A stretch of 64,000 nucleotides of DNA from Prochloraceae cyanobacterium. Its GTDB lineage: Bacteria; Cyanobacteriota; Cyanobacteriia; PCC-6307; Cyanobiaceae. The position numbers were made by a program, and so were the translations under genes. This document shows positions 18,591-26,692 of the stretch, in pieces (the stretch's first letter is position 1; each line of letters opens with the position of its first letter). Under the pieces are notes generated by a model. The model was given only the letters and a program-made list of their open reading frames with translations. It was not told the origin of the DNA and made no database searches. The stretch covers positions 6,814-70,813 of the forward strand of contig JBEINY010000001.1 of assembly GCA_040377855.1 (NCBI GenBank), read 5' to 3'.

Positions 18591-18735
18591 GGGGAAGGCG
18601 ATGGAATGGACTTCAAGTTATGGAAGGCCGGATGGGGATGCCAGGGGGATCGATGGAGGGATGACCGCTCCGGGGGAGACGGTCGGCCAAGGGGAGCTCC
18701 ATGATCCCGGCCTTCAGCATGGTTCGAGGTTGGCC

Positions 18736-20628
18736 TTAGATCTGAAGGGGTTCGTCGATCCGCAGGCCGGCCTGAACCCTCCAGAGGGCGGCGTAGGCCC
18801 CATTGGCGGCAATCAGGGCATCGTGGCGACCACTTTCGACGATCCGACCGTGATCAAGCACCACGATCCGATCGGCATGGCGCACCGTGCTGAGGCGATG
18901 GGCGATCACCAGGGTGGTGCGATCGGCGGTGATCAGTTCAAGGGAGCGCTGAATCGCCGCCTCGGTTTCGTTGTCGACGGCAGCCGTGGCCTCATCCAGG
19001 ATCAGGATCGGCGGATTCCTGAGAATGGCGCGGGCCAGGGCCAGGCGCTGGCGCTGGCCGCCAGAGAGACGGATGCCCCGCTCCCCCACCACCGTGTCGT
19101 AGCGCTGCGGCAGGGCTTCGATGAAGCCATCGGCTTCCGCCTGTCGGGCGGCGGCTGCAATCTCATCGGCGCTGGCCTGAAAACTGCCGTAGGCAATGTT
19201 CTCGGCGACGGTGCCATGGAAGAGGAACACCTCCTGGCTCACCAGACCGATGGCACGCCGGAGATCATCGAGCCGGAGGCTGTCGATCGGTAGGCCATCC
19301 AGCCTGATGGTGCCGGCATCGAGGGCATAGAGGCGCAGCAGCAGCTTGACGATCGTGCTCTTGCCCGAACCGGTGGCTCCCACCAGGCCCAGGGTGCTGC
19401 CGGCCGGCACCTCGAGGTTGAACTGCTCCAGGAGCGGTTCCCGGCCTGGATAGCGAAAGCGAACCCCCTCGAAGCGCAACGCACCGCGAACCCGCTCCCC
19501 GGCCAGGGGCCGACCACCCCCCGCAATCGTGATCGGGGTGTCCAGCAGGTCGAGCACCCGGCTGGTGGACGCCATGGCCCGCTGGTAATCGTCGAGGGTG
19601 CGACCGAGGGAGGTGAGGGGCCAGAGCAGACGCTGGGTGATGAACACCAGAAAGCTGTAGGTGCCCACGGCGATCTGATCCTGGGAAGCCTGCAACCCTC
19701 CGATCACCAGAATCGCCAGGAAGGCGAACAGAATGGCGAAACGAATCAGGGGAATGAACGCCGCCGAGAGGCGAATCGCCCGGGCATTGCTGTCTCGGTA
19801 GGCCTGGCTGCTGTCGCGCAGACGGGCGGTTTCCCAGGCTTCGGCGGTGAAGCTCTTGATCGTGAGCATGCCGCCGAGGTTGTTGGCGAGTCGACTGGCG
19901 ATGTCACCGGCCCGTTCCCGCACCTCCCGGTAGCGGGGAGCGAGACGGCGCTGAAAGACCAGGGACCCCCAGAGAATCACCGGGATCGGCAGGAAGGCCA
20001 CGCCGGCCACCCCGGGGGAGAGCCAGGCCATCGTGCCGCCGACGGCCACAACCGTGGTGATCAACTGCAAGATCTCATTGGCCCCCTGATCAAGGAAGCG
20101 CTCCAGCTGATTGATGTCATCACCGAGGATCGCGAGCAGTCGACCGCTGCTCCCGGCCTCAAAAAAGGCCATGTCCAGGTTCTGGAGGTGGTCGTAGGCC
20201 TCGATCCTCAGGTCGTGCTGGACGGTCTGGGCCAGGTTGCGCCAGAGGAGCGCGTAGAGGTATTCGAACAGCGATTCGGCGCTCCAGATCAGGAAGGAGA
20301 GCGCCGCCAGCACCCCGAGCTGGCCAGGGATGCCCTGCACCCCCAACCCCCCGAGCCAGGATCCCTGCCGTTGAACCACCACATCAACGGCGAGGCCGAT
20401 CAGCACCGGCGGGGCGAGGTCGAAGAGCTTGTTGAGCACCGAACACAGACTCGCCAACCACACCTGACGGCGGTAAGGCTTCAAGGTGGCGAGCAGCCGT
20501 CGGAGCGGTGGTCGGGGTGCAGACCTGGAACGCAAGGAGCCCACGGAGACAGAGCCGGCTGGGAGCCATTCAAGAGGTTGCCCGAATCCTGACGGCCCTG
20601 GTCGGGGGCCCAGGAGGCTGCAAGACAT
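18736..20628 (-). CDS. ABC exporter, fused permease and ATPase (MsbA/MdlB-like), with no C39 peptidase domain
   Basis: 630 aa. A six-TM domain is followed by Walker A GATGSGKST, signature LSGGQRQRLALARA and Walker B ILILDEATAAVD. Confidence 0.9.
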   Translation of the reverse strand: MSCSLLGPRPGPSGFGQPLEWLPAGSVSVGSLRSRSAPRPPLRRLLATLKPYRRQVWLASLCSVLNKLFDLAPPVLIGLAVDVVVQRQGSWLGGLGVQGIPGQLGVLAALSFLIWSAESLFEYLYALLWRNLAQTVQHDLRIEAYDHLQNLDMAFFEAGSSGRLLAILGDDINQLERFLDQGANEILQLITTVVAVGGTMAWLSPGVAGVAFLPIPVILWGSLVFQRRLAPRYREVRERAGDIASRLANNLGGMLTIKSFTAEAWETARLRDSSQAYRDSNARAIRLSAAFIPLIRFAILFAFLAILVIGGLQASQDQIAVGTYSFLVFITQRLLWPLTSLGRTLDDYQRAMASTSRVLDLLDTPITIAGGGRPLAGERVRGALRFEGVRFRYPGREPLLEQFNLEVPAGSTLGLVGATGSGKSTIVKLLLRLYALDAGTIRLDGLPIDSLRLDDLRRAIGLVSQEVFLFHGTVAENIAYGSFQASADEIAAAARQAEADGFIEALPQRYDTVVGERGIRLSGGQRQRLALARAILRNPPILILDEATAAVDNETEAAIQRSLELITADRTTLVIAHRLSTVRHADRIVVLDHGRIVESGRHDALIAANGAYAALWRVQAGLRIDEPLQI

Positions 20629-20735
20629 CGGGGCGCCGCAGCCAAGAACTGCGGCGTCCCCGGGGCGATCGATGTCCTTGGGAGTTCGTCAGGTCACCAA
20701 CGGCCTAGACCGGACCCATCTCCCTTGGGGGTGCC

Positions 20736-20954
20736 ATGACCCGTTCGAGAGCGTTCAATCGATTTCATCGCTGGACCGCCAAGGTGCGGCGTCGCCATCT
20801 GAAGGCCTGGCTGCCCGCAGGCCGCCAAGGCGAACCGATCGAGGCCGTGGTGATCCCGGATCGTCGCCGGGAGGAAGCCCGGATGCACGCCCTGGAGGAG
20901 CTGAACGATCCCCAGGCGATCCAGGAGAGCTTGCAGATGCAGCAAGAGGGCTGA
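20736..20954 (+). CDS. small basic hypothetical protein
   Basis: 72 aa with an ATG start, followed 24 nt downstream by a strong stem-loop. No family recognised. Confidence 0.45.
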   Translation: MTRSRAFNRFHRWTAKVRRRHLKAWLPAGRQGEPIEAVVIPDRRREEARMHALEELNDPQAIQESLQMQQEG

Positions 20955-20978
20955 TCAGCTGAACCGCTGGTGACGAAT

Positions 20979-21011
20979 CGCTGGTGATGGGGCAAGCCCC
21001 CGTCACCAGCG
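20979..21011. terminator. bidirectional intrinsic-terminator-like hairpin between the small ORF and rbp
   Basis: cgctggtgatgggg-caagc-ccccgtcaccagcg forms a 14-bp stem (one G-U pair) with a 5-nt loop, followed by ggtgatttgt. A third copy of cgctggtga lies just upstream at 20964-20972. Confidence 0.6.
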
Positions 21012-21055
21012 GGTGATTTGTCAGGCAGTTCGGGAATCAGGCCGTCAGGCCGTGA

Positions 21056-21463
21056 TCACCAACGGTTGCCACCGCCGCCGCCATAACCGCCGCGATCGCC
21101 ACCACCGCCGCCATAGCCACCCCGGTCGCCACCGCCGCCGTAGCCGCCGCGATCACCACCACGGCCGCCACCGCCACCGCCGTAACCACCACCGCCACCA
21201 CCACCACCACCACGATTGTTCTCGCGGGGGGTGGCCTTGTTGACGCGGATCATCCGGCCCATCCACTCCACGTTCTGGAGATCGTCGATGGCTTTCTGTT
21301 CATCAGCATCGTTTTCCATCTCGACGAAGGCGAAACCGCGCTTACGGCCGGTTTCGCGGTCGAGGGGAAGGCTGCATTTGGCTACGGCGCCGTACTGGGC
21401 GAAAAGATCCTGCAGATCCTCCTGTTCAGCCTGAAACGAGAGGTTGCCGACGTAAATGGTCAT
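21056..21463 (-). CDS. RRM-type RNA-binding protein with a glycine-rich C-terminal tail
   Basis: RNP2 IYVGNL, RNP1 KRGFAFVEM, then about 50 aa of GGGG/YGGG/DRGG repeats. This is typical of cyanobacterial cold-inducible Rbp proteins. Confidence 0.93.
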   Translation of the reverse strand: MTIYVGNLSFQAEQEDLQDLFAQYGAVAKCSLPLDRETGRKRGFAFVEMENDADEQKAIDDLQNVEWMGRMIRVNKATPRENNRGGGGGGGGGYGGGGGGRGGDRGGYGGGGDRGGYGGGGGDRGGYGGGGGNRW

Positions 21464-21735
21464 TCCTTGATTGGAACCTGGAACTGATTCGTGGATGCTG
21501 GGGTTCCTTGGGAAAAGCCAGTGAAAAACAGAGTGCCGATGAAGCGCGTCGTCCTGCTGAGCGAACCGAAAGGAGCCTGATTACCAGGGAATCGCCCCAA
21601 GCATACAAGGCGGCGCCGGTTCACCCTCGGTCATGGAGAAACGTGAAGCGAATCCGAAGCCATCCCTGCCTTTCAAGCCCGAGCCCACCTAGGGTCCCAT
21701 TGTCAGCAAATCCTCATCGTGGAGCTCGGCCACTG

Positions 21736-21936
21736 ATGGTTGCCCCCGCCCCCTGGAGCCTCGCCTGGCATGACGACGGCGAACTTGCTACGCAGGACCG
21801 TTTTGATCTGCTCCAGACCCTTGTGAGCAGCGAACAGGCCTCGATCCAGCCCGGGCTGATCATGGCCATCGAGAGTCTGCCGCTGGACCAGGTCACCCTG
21901 CTGTCCACGGGCGACGTGACCGGACTCTGCATCTGA
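21736..21936 (+). CDS. possible small protein (66 aa), weak call
   Basis: This is the distal ATG within track ORF 21508..21936 (MVAPAPWSLAWHDDGELATQDRFDLLQTLV...). Its composition is more protein-like than the Arg/Pro/Ser-rich upstream part. No family recognised. Confidence 0.25.
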   Translation: MVAPAPWSLAWHDDGELATQDRFDLLQTLVSSEQASIQPGLIMAIESLPLDQVTLLSTGDVTGLCI

Positions 21937-22252
21937 CATCCGTGCGCCCGGGCCTGCAATCCCAAGCCCAGGCTGCAGGTCTCCATCAGCACTCCCCGCG
22001 ACGAAGGGAGCCGCCGCGAGCCCTGGGGGTCAGCTCTAACGGCGCGCGCTGCGGCCACCGATCCCAAGGCCCGTCTTCGATGGTCAAGTCCTGACAAGAG
22101 GACCCTGGGGGGGCCTTGGAAACCCATGCGCCAAGGCCCATGGGTCACCGGCACCACGATGGGGGGTGATGAAGCCGCTGACGCTGGCTGGCTGCCTGGC
22201 TGGCTGGCTGAACAGGGAACCACCCTTGAGAGCCCGCCCCCTGAAGAAAGGA

Positions 22253-22285
22253 CCTCAAGGAGCAATCGGGTTCGCATCCTTGAGG
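22253..22285 (-). terminator. stem-loop downstream of the DEAD-box helicase gene
   Basis: cctcaagga (22253-22261) pairs with tccttgagg (22277-22285), a 9-bp perfect stem with a 15-nt loop. On the minus strand it is followed by tcctttcttc, and it lies 25 nt past the stop. Confidence 0.5.
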
Positions 22286-22309
22286 CGGCCACCCCTGAGG
22301 GGAAGTTGA

Positions 22310-24343
22310 TCAGGCGTTCAAGCGGCTGATCTGCAACTCCTTGTTCATCACCCTCAGTCGGCGCAGACCCTGGAAGACCTCATCCGGCATGCCGCTGGGG
22401 AGATCCACGGTGCTGTGGGTGTCGAAGATCTGGATCCTGCCGATGCTGCGTCCGTTCAGGCCCGCTTCATTGGCGATCGCCCCAACGATGTTCCCGGGCT
22501 TGACCCGATCACGCCAGCCCACTTCGATCCGGTAACGGTCCATGTCCGCCTCGGGGGGGGCGGAAGGACCATCGGCCCTGGGCCCAGGCCGGCGGCGGTT
22601 GGATCCAGCCGGATCGGGCAAGCGACGACGGTCACCGGATTCCCGGTCATTGCGCTGGGCAGGCTGGCGCAACCACTGCTCCTCACCGTGCACCAGCAGG
22701 GCCTGTTGACCGATCGACATCCGCAGGGCCGCCAGGGCGAGCTGATCCGGGGTGGTCTCCAGCTCCTGGGAGACGCGCTGGAGGATTTCGGCGAGCAGGG
22801 CCCTTTCCTCATCAGTGCCGGTGGGGGTGCTGATCTCGGCGGTGAGCTTTTCCCTGAGCCGATCCAGACGGTTCTGGTTGATGGTGGCATTGCTGGGAAC
22901 GTCCATCGCTTCGATCGGACGGCCGACAGCCCGTTCCATCCCCCCAAGGAAACGGCGTTCGCGCGGAGTCAGGAACAGAATCGCGTCTCCGGTGCGACCG
23001 GCACGGCCGGTGCGTCCGATGCGATGCACATAGGCCTCGCTGTCGAACGGGATGTCGTAATTGATCACGAGGGTGATCCGCTCGACATCCAGACCCCGAG
23101 CCGCCACATCGGTGGCCACCAGCACATCGACACTGCCACTGCGCAGGCGCTCGATCGTGCGCTCCCGCTGGGCCTGGGGAACGTCGCCGTTGAGAACAGC
23201 CACGTCGTAACCGTTCTGCTCCAGGGATTCAGCCACGGTGAGGGTGATGGCCTTGGTGCGGGCGAAAATGATCACTCCCTCCCGGCGCTCCGCTTCAAGC
23301 ACCCGCTTCAGGGCCTCGAGTTTGTGCGGAGCATTCACCGTCAGATAGCGCTGACGAATGCGGGTTGAATCGGCCTGCTTCTGGCGGATTGTGATCTCAG
23401 CCGGGTTGCGCAGGTGGGTGTGCGCGATCCGACGGATCTCGGACGGCATGGTGGCCGAGAAGAGCACCACCTGGCGCTGCTCCGGCAGTTGGGTCAGCAC
23501 CCACTCGACATCGTCGATGAAGCCCATGCGCAGCATTTCATCGGCTTCATCGAGCACCAGGCTGCGCAGGCCCGTGAGATTGAGGGTGCCCTGGCGCATG
23601 TGGTCCATCACCCGACCAGGGGTGCCGACCACGATCTGCACACCGCGGCGCAGCTGGTGGATCTGATCGCGGAAATCGGCGCCGCCATAGAGGGCCAGAA
23701 CCCGCACCTGGGGCATCCGTGAGGCGTAGGTGCTGAAGGCTTCAGCCACCTGCAGGGCCAGCTCCCGGGTGGGAGCCAGCACCAGCACCTGGGGGGTGCG
23801 CTGTTCAGGATCGAGGGCCGCCAGCATCGGCAGGGCGAAGGCGGCCGTCTTGCCGGTGCCCGTCTGGGCCTGGCCCACCAGGTCGCGACCCAGCAGCAGT
23901 TCCGGGATGGCGGCCTTCTGGATTGGCGATGGCGACTCGTAGCCGCACAGGCTCAGGGCTTCCAGCAACTGGGCATCAAAGCCGAAGCTGGCAAAACCGG
24001 AGGCAGGCGCCTCGGCGGCCTGGGCGTTGCCGGCAGCAGCACCATCGACAAGCGGGGGCTCGGAGGCGGAGCTGGTCTCGCCGATCAACTCGGAATCCAC
24101 CTCGGCCTCGGCAGGCTCTTGAGCCTGGTCAGGAACCCCTGCAGGGGCAAGGCCAGAGGCGGCCTCAAGGGAGGAGGGGACCGATGCAGAGTCGGTCGGG
24201 GACTCGATTGGGGCCAGCTCGGCCTCAGGGTTGCTGGCCAGGGGGGTCGTCGCGCTCAGCTCGGAGGCTTCCTCGATCAGCCGATCCACGGCGCCGAGCT
24301 CGACAGAGCAGCTGAAAGCACTGCCCAGGGTGGGTTGGGTCAC
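22310..24343 (-). CDS. deaD: DEAD-box ATP-dependent RNA helicase (DeaD/CsdA-like, with a DbpA-type C-terminal RNA-binding domain)
   Basis: Motifs found: Q-motif FGF...PSPIQ, AQTGTGKT, PTRELA, DEAD (VLDEADEML), SAT, HRIGRTGRAG. The C-terminal stretch reads YRIEVGWRDRVKPGNIVGAIANEAG. The start is uncertain because the track start is GTG. Confidence 0.92.
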   Translation of the reverse strand: MTQPTLGSAFSCSVELGAVDRLIEEASELSATTPLASNPEAELAPIESPTDSASVPSSLEAASGLAPAGVPDQAQEPAEAEVDSELIGETSSASEPPLVDGAAAGNAQAAEAPASGFASFGFDAQLLEALSLCGYESPSPIQKAAIPELLLGRDLVGQAQTGTGKTAAFALPMLAALDPEQRTPQVLVLAPTRELALQVAEAFSTYASRMPQVRVLALYGGADFRDQIHQLRRGVQIVVGTPGRVMDHMRQGTLNLTGLRSLVLDEADEMLRMGFIDDVEWVLTQLPEQRQVVLFSATMPSEIRRIAHTHLRNPAEITIRQKQADSTRIRQRYLTVNAPHKLEALKRVLEAERREGVIIFARTKAITLTVAESLEQNGYDVAVLNGDVPQAQRERTIERLRSGSVDVLVATDVAARGLDVERITLVINYDIPFDSEAYVHRIGRTGRAGRTGDAILFLTPRERRFLGGMERAVGRPIEAMDVPSNATINQNRLDRLREKLTAEISTPTGTDEERALLAEILQRVSQELETTPDQLALAALRMSIGQQALLVHGEEQWLRQPAQRNDRESGDRRRLPDPAGSNRRRPGPRADGPSAPPEADMDRYRIEVGWRDRVKPGNIVGAIANEAGLNGRSIGRIQIFDTHSTVDLPSGMPDEVFQGLRRLRVMNKELQISRLNA

Positions 24344-24473
24344 AGAAAAGATGGGGCCTGTAAATCCTTCAACGGAGGCCGGCAGGTACCCATCGGAATC
24401 TGGGAAAGGCCGGAGAGCGAGGATCCCGCGCCGAACACCCCTTGTCTGCCCTGCCCTTTATCAAAGGCTGAAT

Positions 24474-24923
24474 TTAAATCCTAACACTTCGTGACGGGAC
24501 CCTTCCGAAATCGTCCTCAAAGCGCTCGATGTCTTCCTCCTGCAGCACCGCCCCTCGCTGCACCTCGATGATCTGCAGCCCCTCCAGGCCGGCGCTGGCG
24601 CGATGGATGGCCCCAGGGGCGATGAAGAACGTGGTTCCCGCCACCGCCTCAACCCGCTGACCGTCGCTCTCAAGCACCCCGGCGCCAGCGACCACCACCC
24701 AGTGCTCGACGCGGTGGGCATGCCGTTGAAGACTGATCCGAGCTCCGGGGCGGATCCAGAGGCGTTTGACCAGATGCCCTTCTCCGCTTCCCAGGCATTC
24801 GTACCAACCCCAGGGCCGCTCCGTCCGGCCGGCCGCACCATGGGGGCCCCGATCGCGGGGGTCCCCATGGCCAGTGCTCTCGGGTTTGGTGCTCTCCTCG
24901 CTGGAGGCAGGGATGATCCGCAC
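24474..24923 (-). CDS. cupin-domain protein (mannose-6-phosphate isomerase type II C-terminal-like)
   Basis: The core RPWGWYECLG...GHLVKRLWIRPGARISLQRHAHRVEHWVVVAGAG...FFIAPGAIHR matches the PMI type II cupin pattern. The start is uncertain (GTG). Confidence 0.7.
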   Translation of the reverse strand: MRIIPASSEESTKPESTGHGDPRDRGPHGAAGRTERPWGWYECLGSGEGHLVKRLWIRPGARISLQRHAHRVEHWVVVAGAGVLESDGQRVEAVAGTTFFIAPGAIHRASAGLEGLQIIEVQRGAVLQEEDIERFEDDFGRVPSRSVRI

Positions 24924-25009
24924 GGCCAGGTCTGCAGAACACTCCCAGGATGGGCAGAAAGCCGCGGATCTGGGGCCTCGGGGAAGCGTTGCCGGCCGCT
25001 TGAACCGCC

Positions 25010-26692
25010 TCAGTCGGCCGGAGTGATCAACACGGCCCTCCGCCGGGCCCGGGTGAGGGCTGTGTACAGCAACCGCCGTTGATCTCGGATCCGATCGGGC
25101 AGCAGCACGATCACCGTCTCCATCTCACTGCCCTGGGCCTTGTGCACGGTCAGGGCATGGGCAGGGCGCGCATCGCCTAGAAGCCCCGCCGGAATCAGCC
25201 GGGCCGGCTCGCCCACGGCACCGGCGAACAGCACCTGGCGACCGCCCGCCAGCTCCAGGAGCACCCCCACATCCCCATTGGCGAGATCCAGATCGCAGCG
25301 ATTGCGTTCGCAGAGCACAGGAGTACCGGCAGGCCATCCCACCGGGCCCCGATCAAGCGCAGCGCCCAGCAGGGCGCGATGGATCGCCTCCAGGCCCCAG
25401 CGCCCCCGCCGCAGGGGTGTCAGCACAGCGAGGGATTCCTGGGCAGCCAGCAACCGGGTGGCCCGGTCGGCCGCCAGGAGGGCGGGGAAGGCCTTCGGAT
25501 CGGCCCGATCCAATCCAGCCGCCAGATCGGCCGCCAGCGCCGCCAGGTGATCACGCTGCTCCCTGAGGGTCTCCAGCACCAGGGGCGGCAGGGTGCCCAT
25601 GGAAGCGCGCAGCCACTGGAGGTTGTCGCCCGGCTCAAGCTGGTCCAGGCCCGCCCCAAGCAGCAGGTCGGTGGGATCCGGCAACTCCCGCAGCCGCTGG
25701 GCCACCGCCGCGATCGCCCCCTCGTTGCGGTAGGTGGTGGTCAGGGTGATCGCCGCCGGGCCAAGGGCCTGATGGCGGAGGCCCAGCTCCTCGAGCACCG
25801 CGCCCGGACCAACGGGGGGCAACTGGGCCCCATCACCCACCAGCACAAGCCTGCTTGCGTTTGGGAGGGCAGCCAGCAGGGCCGCCATCAACGGCAGATC
25901 CACCATCGACAACTCATCAACCACCAGCAGATCAAGGCTGAGGGGATGGGCACGATCGCGGCCGAACCGTTCACCCCGGCTCTCGAGCAGGCGGTGAAGA
26001 GTGGTGCAGGGCAAGCCACCGATGGCGGCGGCCAGCTCCGGCGCCAGGTCGCGGCAGCCCCGCTGGATCGCCTGGCGCAGGCGGGCGGCGGCCTTGCCGG
26101 TCGGTGCCGCCAGGTGCAGCCTCGAACCCGGGTGGTGGCGCAGCCATGCAGCGAGCATCTGCACCACCGTGCTCGTCTTGCCGGTGCCAGGCCCCCCTTC
26201 CAGCAGCACCAGGGGGCCCTGCAGCAGGACCCGCACCGCCTCCTGCTGACGGGAATCGAGACCGGCCTCAGCGGCCTGGCGGCAGGCCAGCTCCAGGGCC
26301 GCCTCCGGCAGCGGTTCAGCGAGGGGCGTGCGGGTTCGTGCGATCAGGGTGTCGATCACCTGCTCCCGCAGCTGATGCCAGCGGCGCCAGTGGAGCCGAT
26401 CGGCCTCGAGCACCAACGGACCGTGATCACCACCCACCAGCGCCGCTGCCTGGAGGGCCCGGCGATACCCATCGGGCCAGAGATCCGGATCCAGTCCGTC
26501 GGGGCGTGGACCCTGCAGATCCAGGCTCACCTCTCCCTGGGCCAGGGCACGGGTTAGGGCCGTGATTAGCGCCCCCACCAGGGGATCGTCGTCCGTGCCA
26601 TAGAGCCGGGGCAAGGCCTCCACCAGGGCTGCGGAGAGGGACTCCAGCCAGGCCGGACGCGGGCCCCTGGGCTCCTGGGGCCCCATGGTCAT
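25010..26692 (-). CDS. recD: exodeoxyribonuclease V alpha subunit
   Basis: 560 aa. Walker A GGPGTGKTS, DELSMVD, and the C-terminal helicase motif TVHKAQGSE. Its ATG overlaps the recB stop (ATGA at 26689-26692). Confidence 0.92.
   Translation of the reverse strand: MTMGPQEPRGPRPAWLESLSAALVEALPRLYGTDDDPLVGALITALTRALAQGEVSLDLQGPRPDGLDPDLWPDGYRRALQAAALVGGDHGPLVLEADRLHWRRWHQLREQVIDTLIARTRTPLAEPLPEAALELACRQAAEAGLDSRQQEAVRVLLQGPLVLLEGGPGTGKTSTVVQMLAAWLRHHPGSRLHLAAPTGKAAARLRQAIQRGCRDLAPELAAAIGGLPCTTLHRLLESRGERFGRDRAHPLSLDLLVVDELSMVDLPLMAALLAALPNASRLVLVGDGAQLPPVGPGAVLEELGLRHQALGPAAITLTTTYRNEGAIAAVAQRLRELPDPTDLLLGAGLDQLEPGDNLQWLRASMGTLPPLVLETLREQRDHLAALAADLAAGLDRADPKAFPALLAADRATRLLAAQESLAVLTPLRRGRWGLEAIHRALLGAALDRGPVGWPAGTPVLCERNRCDLDLANGDVGVLLELAGGRQVLFAGAVGEPARLIPAGLLGDARPAHALTVHKAQGSEMETVIVLLPDRIRDQRRLLYTALTRARRRAVLITPAD

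Noticed and set aside
18706-18749. ccttcag / ctgaagg inverted repeat at the ABC exporter stop, considered as another member of the 17-bp repeat family.
   Set aside because: Only a 7-bp stem is present. One arm lies inside the coding sequence (…PLQI stop), and CTGAAGG is a frequent Leu-Lys-Gly/Ala coding string here.
21508-21936. The full 142-aa plus-strand ORF in the rbp-helicase gap.
   Set aside because: The first 76 aa are Arg/Ser/Pro-rich and overlap the likely rbp leader. Only the distal ATG (21736) was kept, as a low-confidence call.
22183-22210. The gctggctggctgcctggctggctggctg tract considered as a functional microsatellite.
   Set aside because: It is a short, imperfect low-complexity run made of the very common GCTGG motif of this genome. 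Nothing distinguishes it from compositional noise.
23990-24343. The ~118-aa acidic Ser/Ala/Pro/Glu-rich N-terminal extension of the DEAD-box helicase, considered as a special domain.
   Set aside because: The track start is a GTG chosen only as the first possible start. Several in-frame GTG/TTG codons lie further downstream and there is no internal ATG, so the extension may be partly or wholly untranslated.
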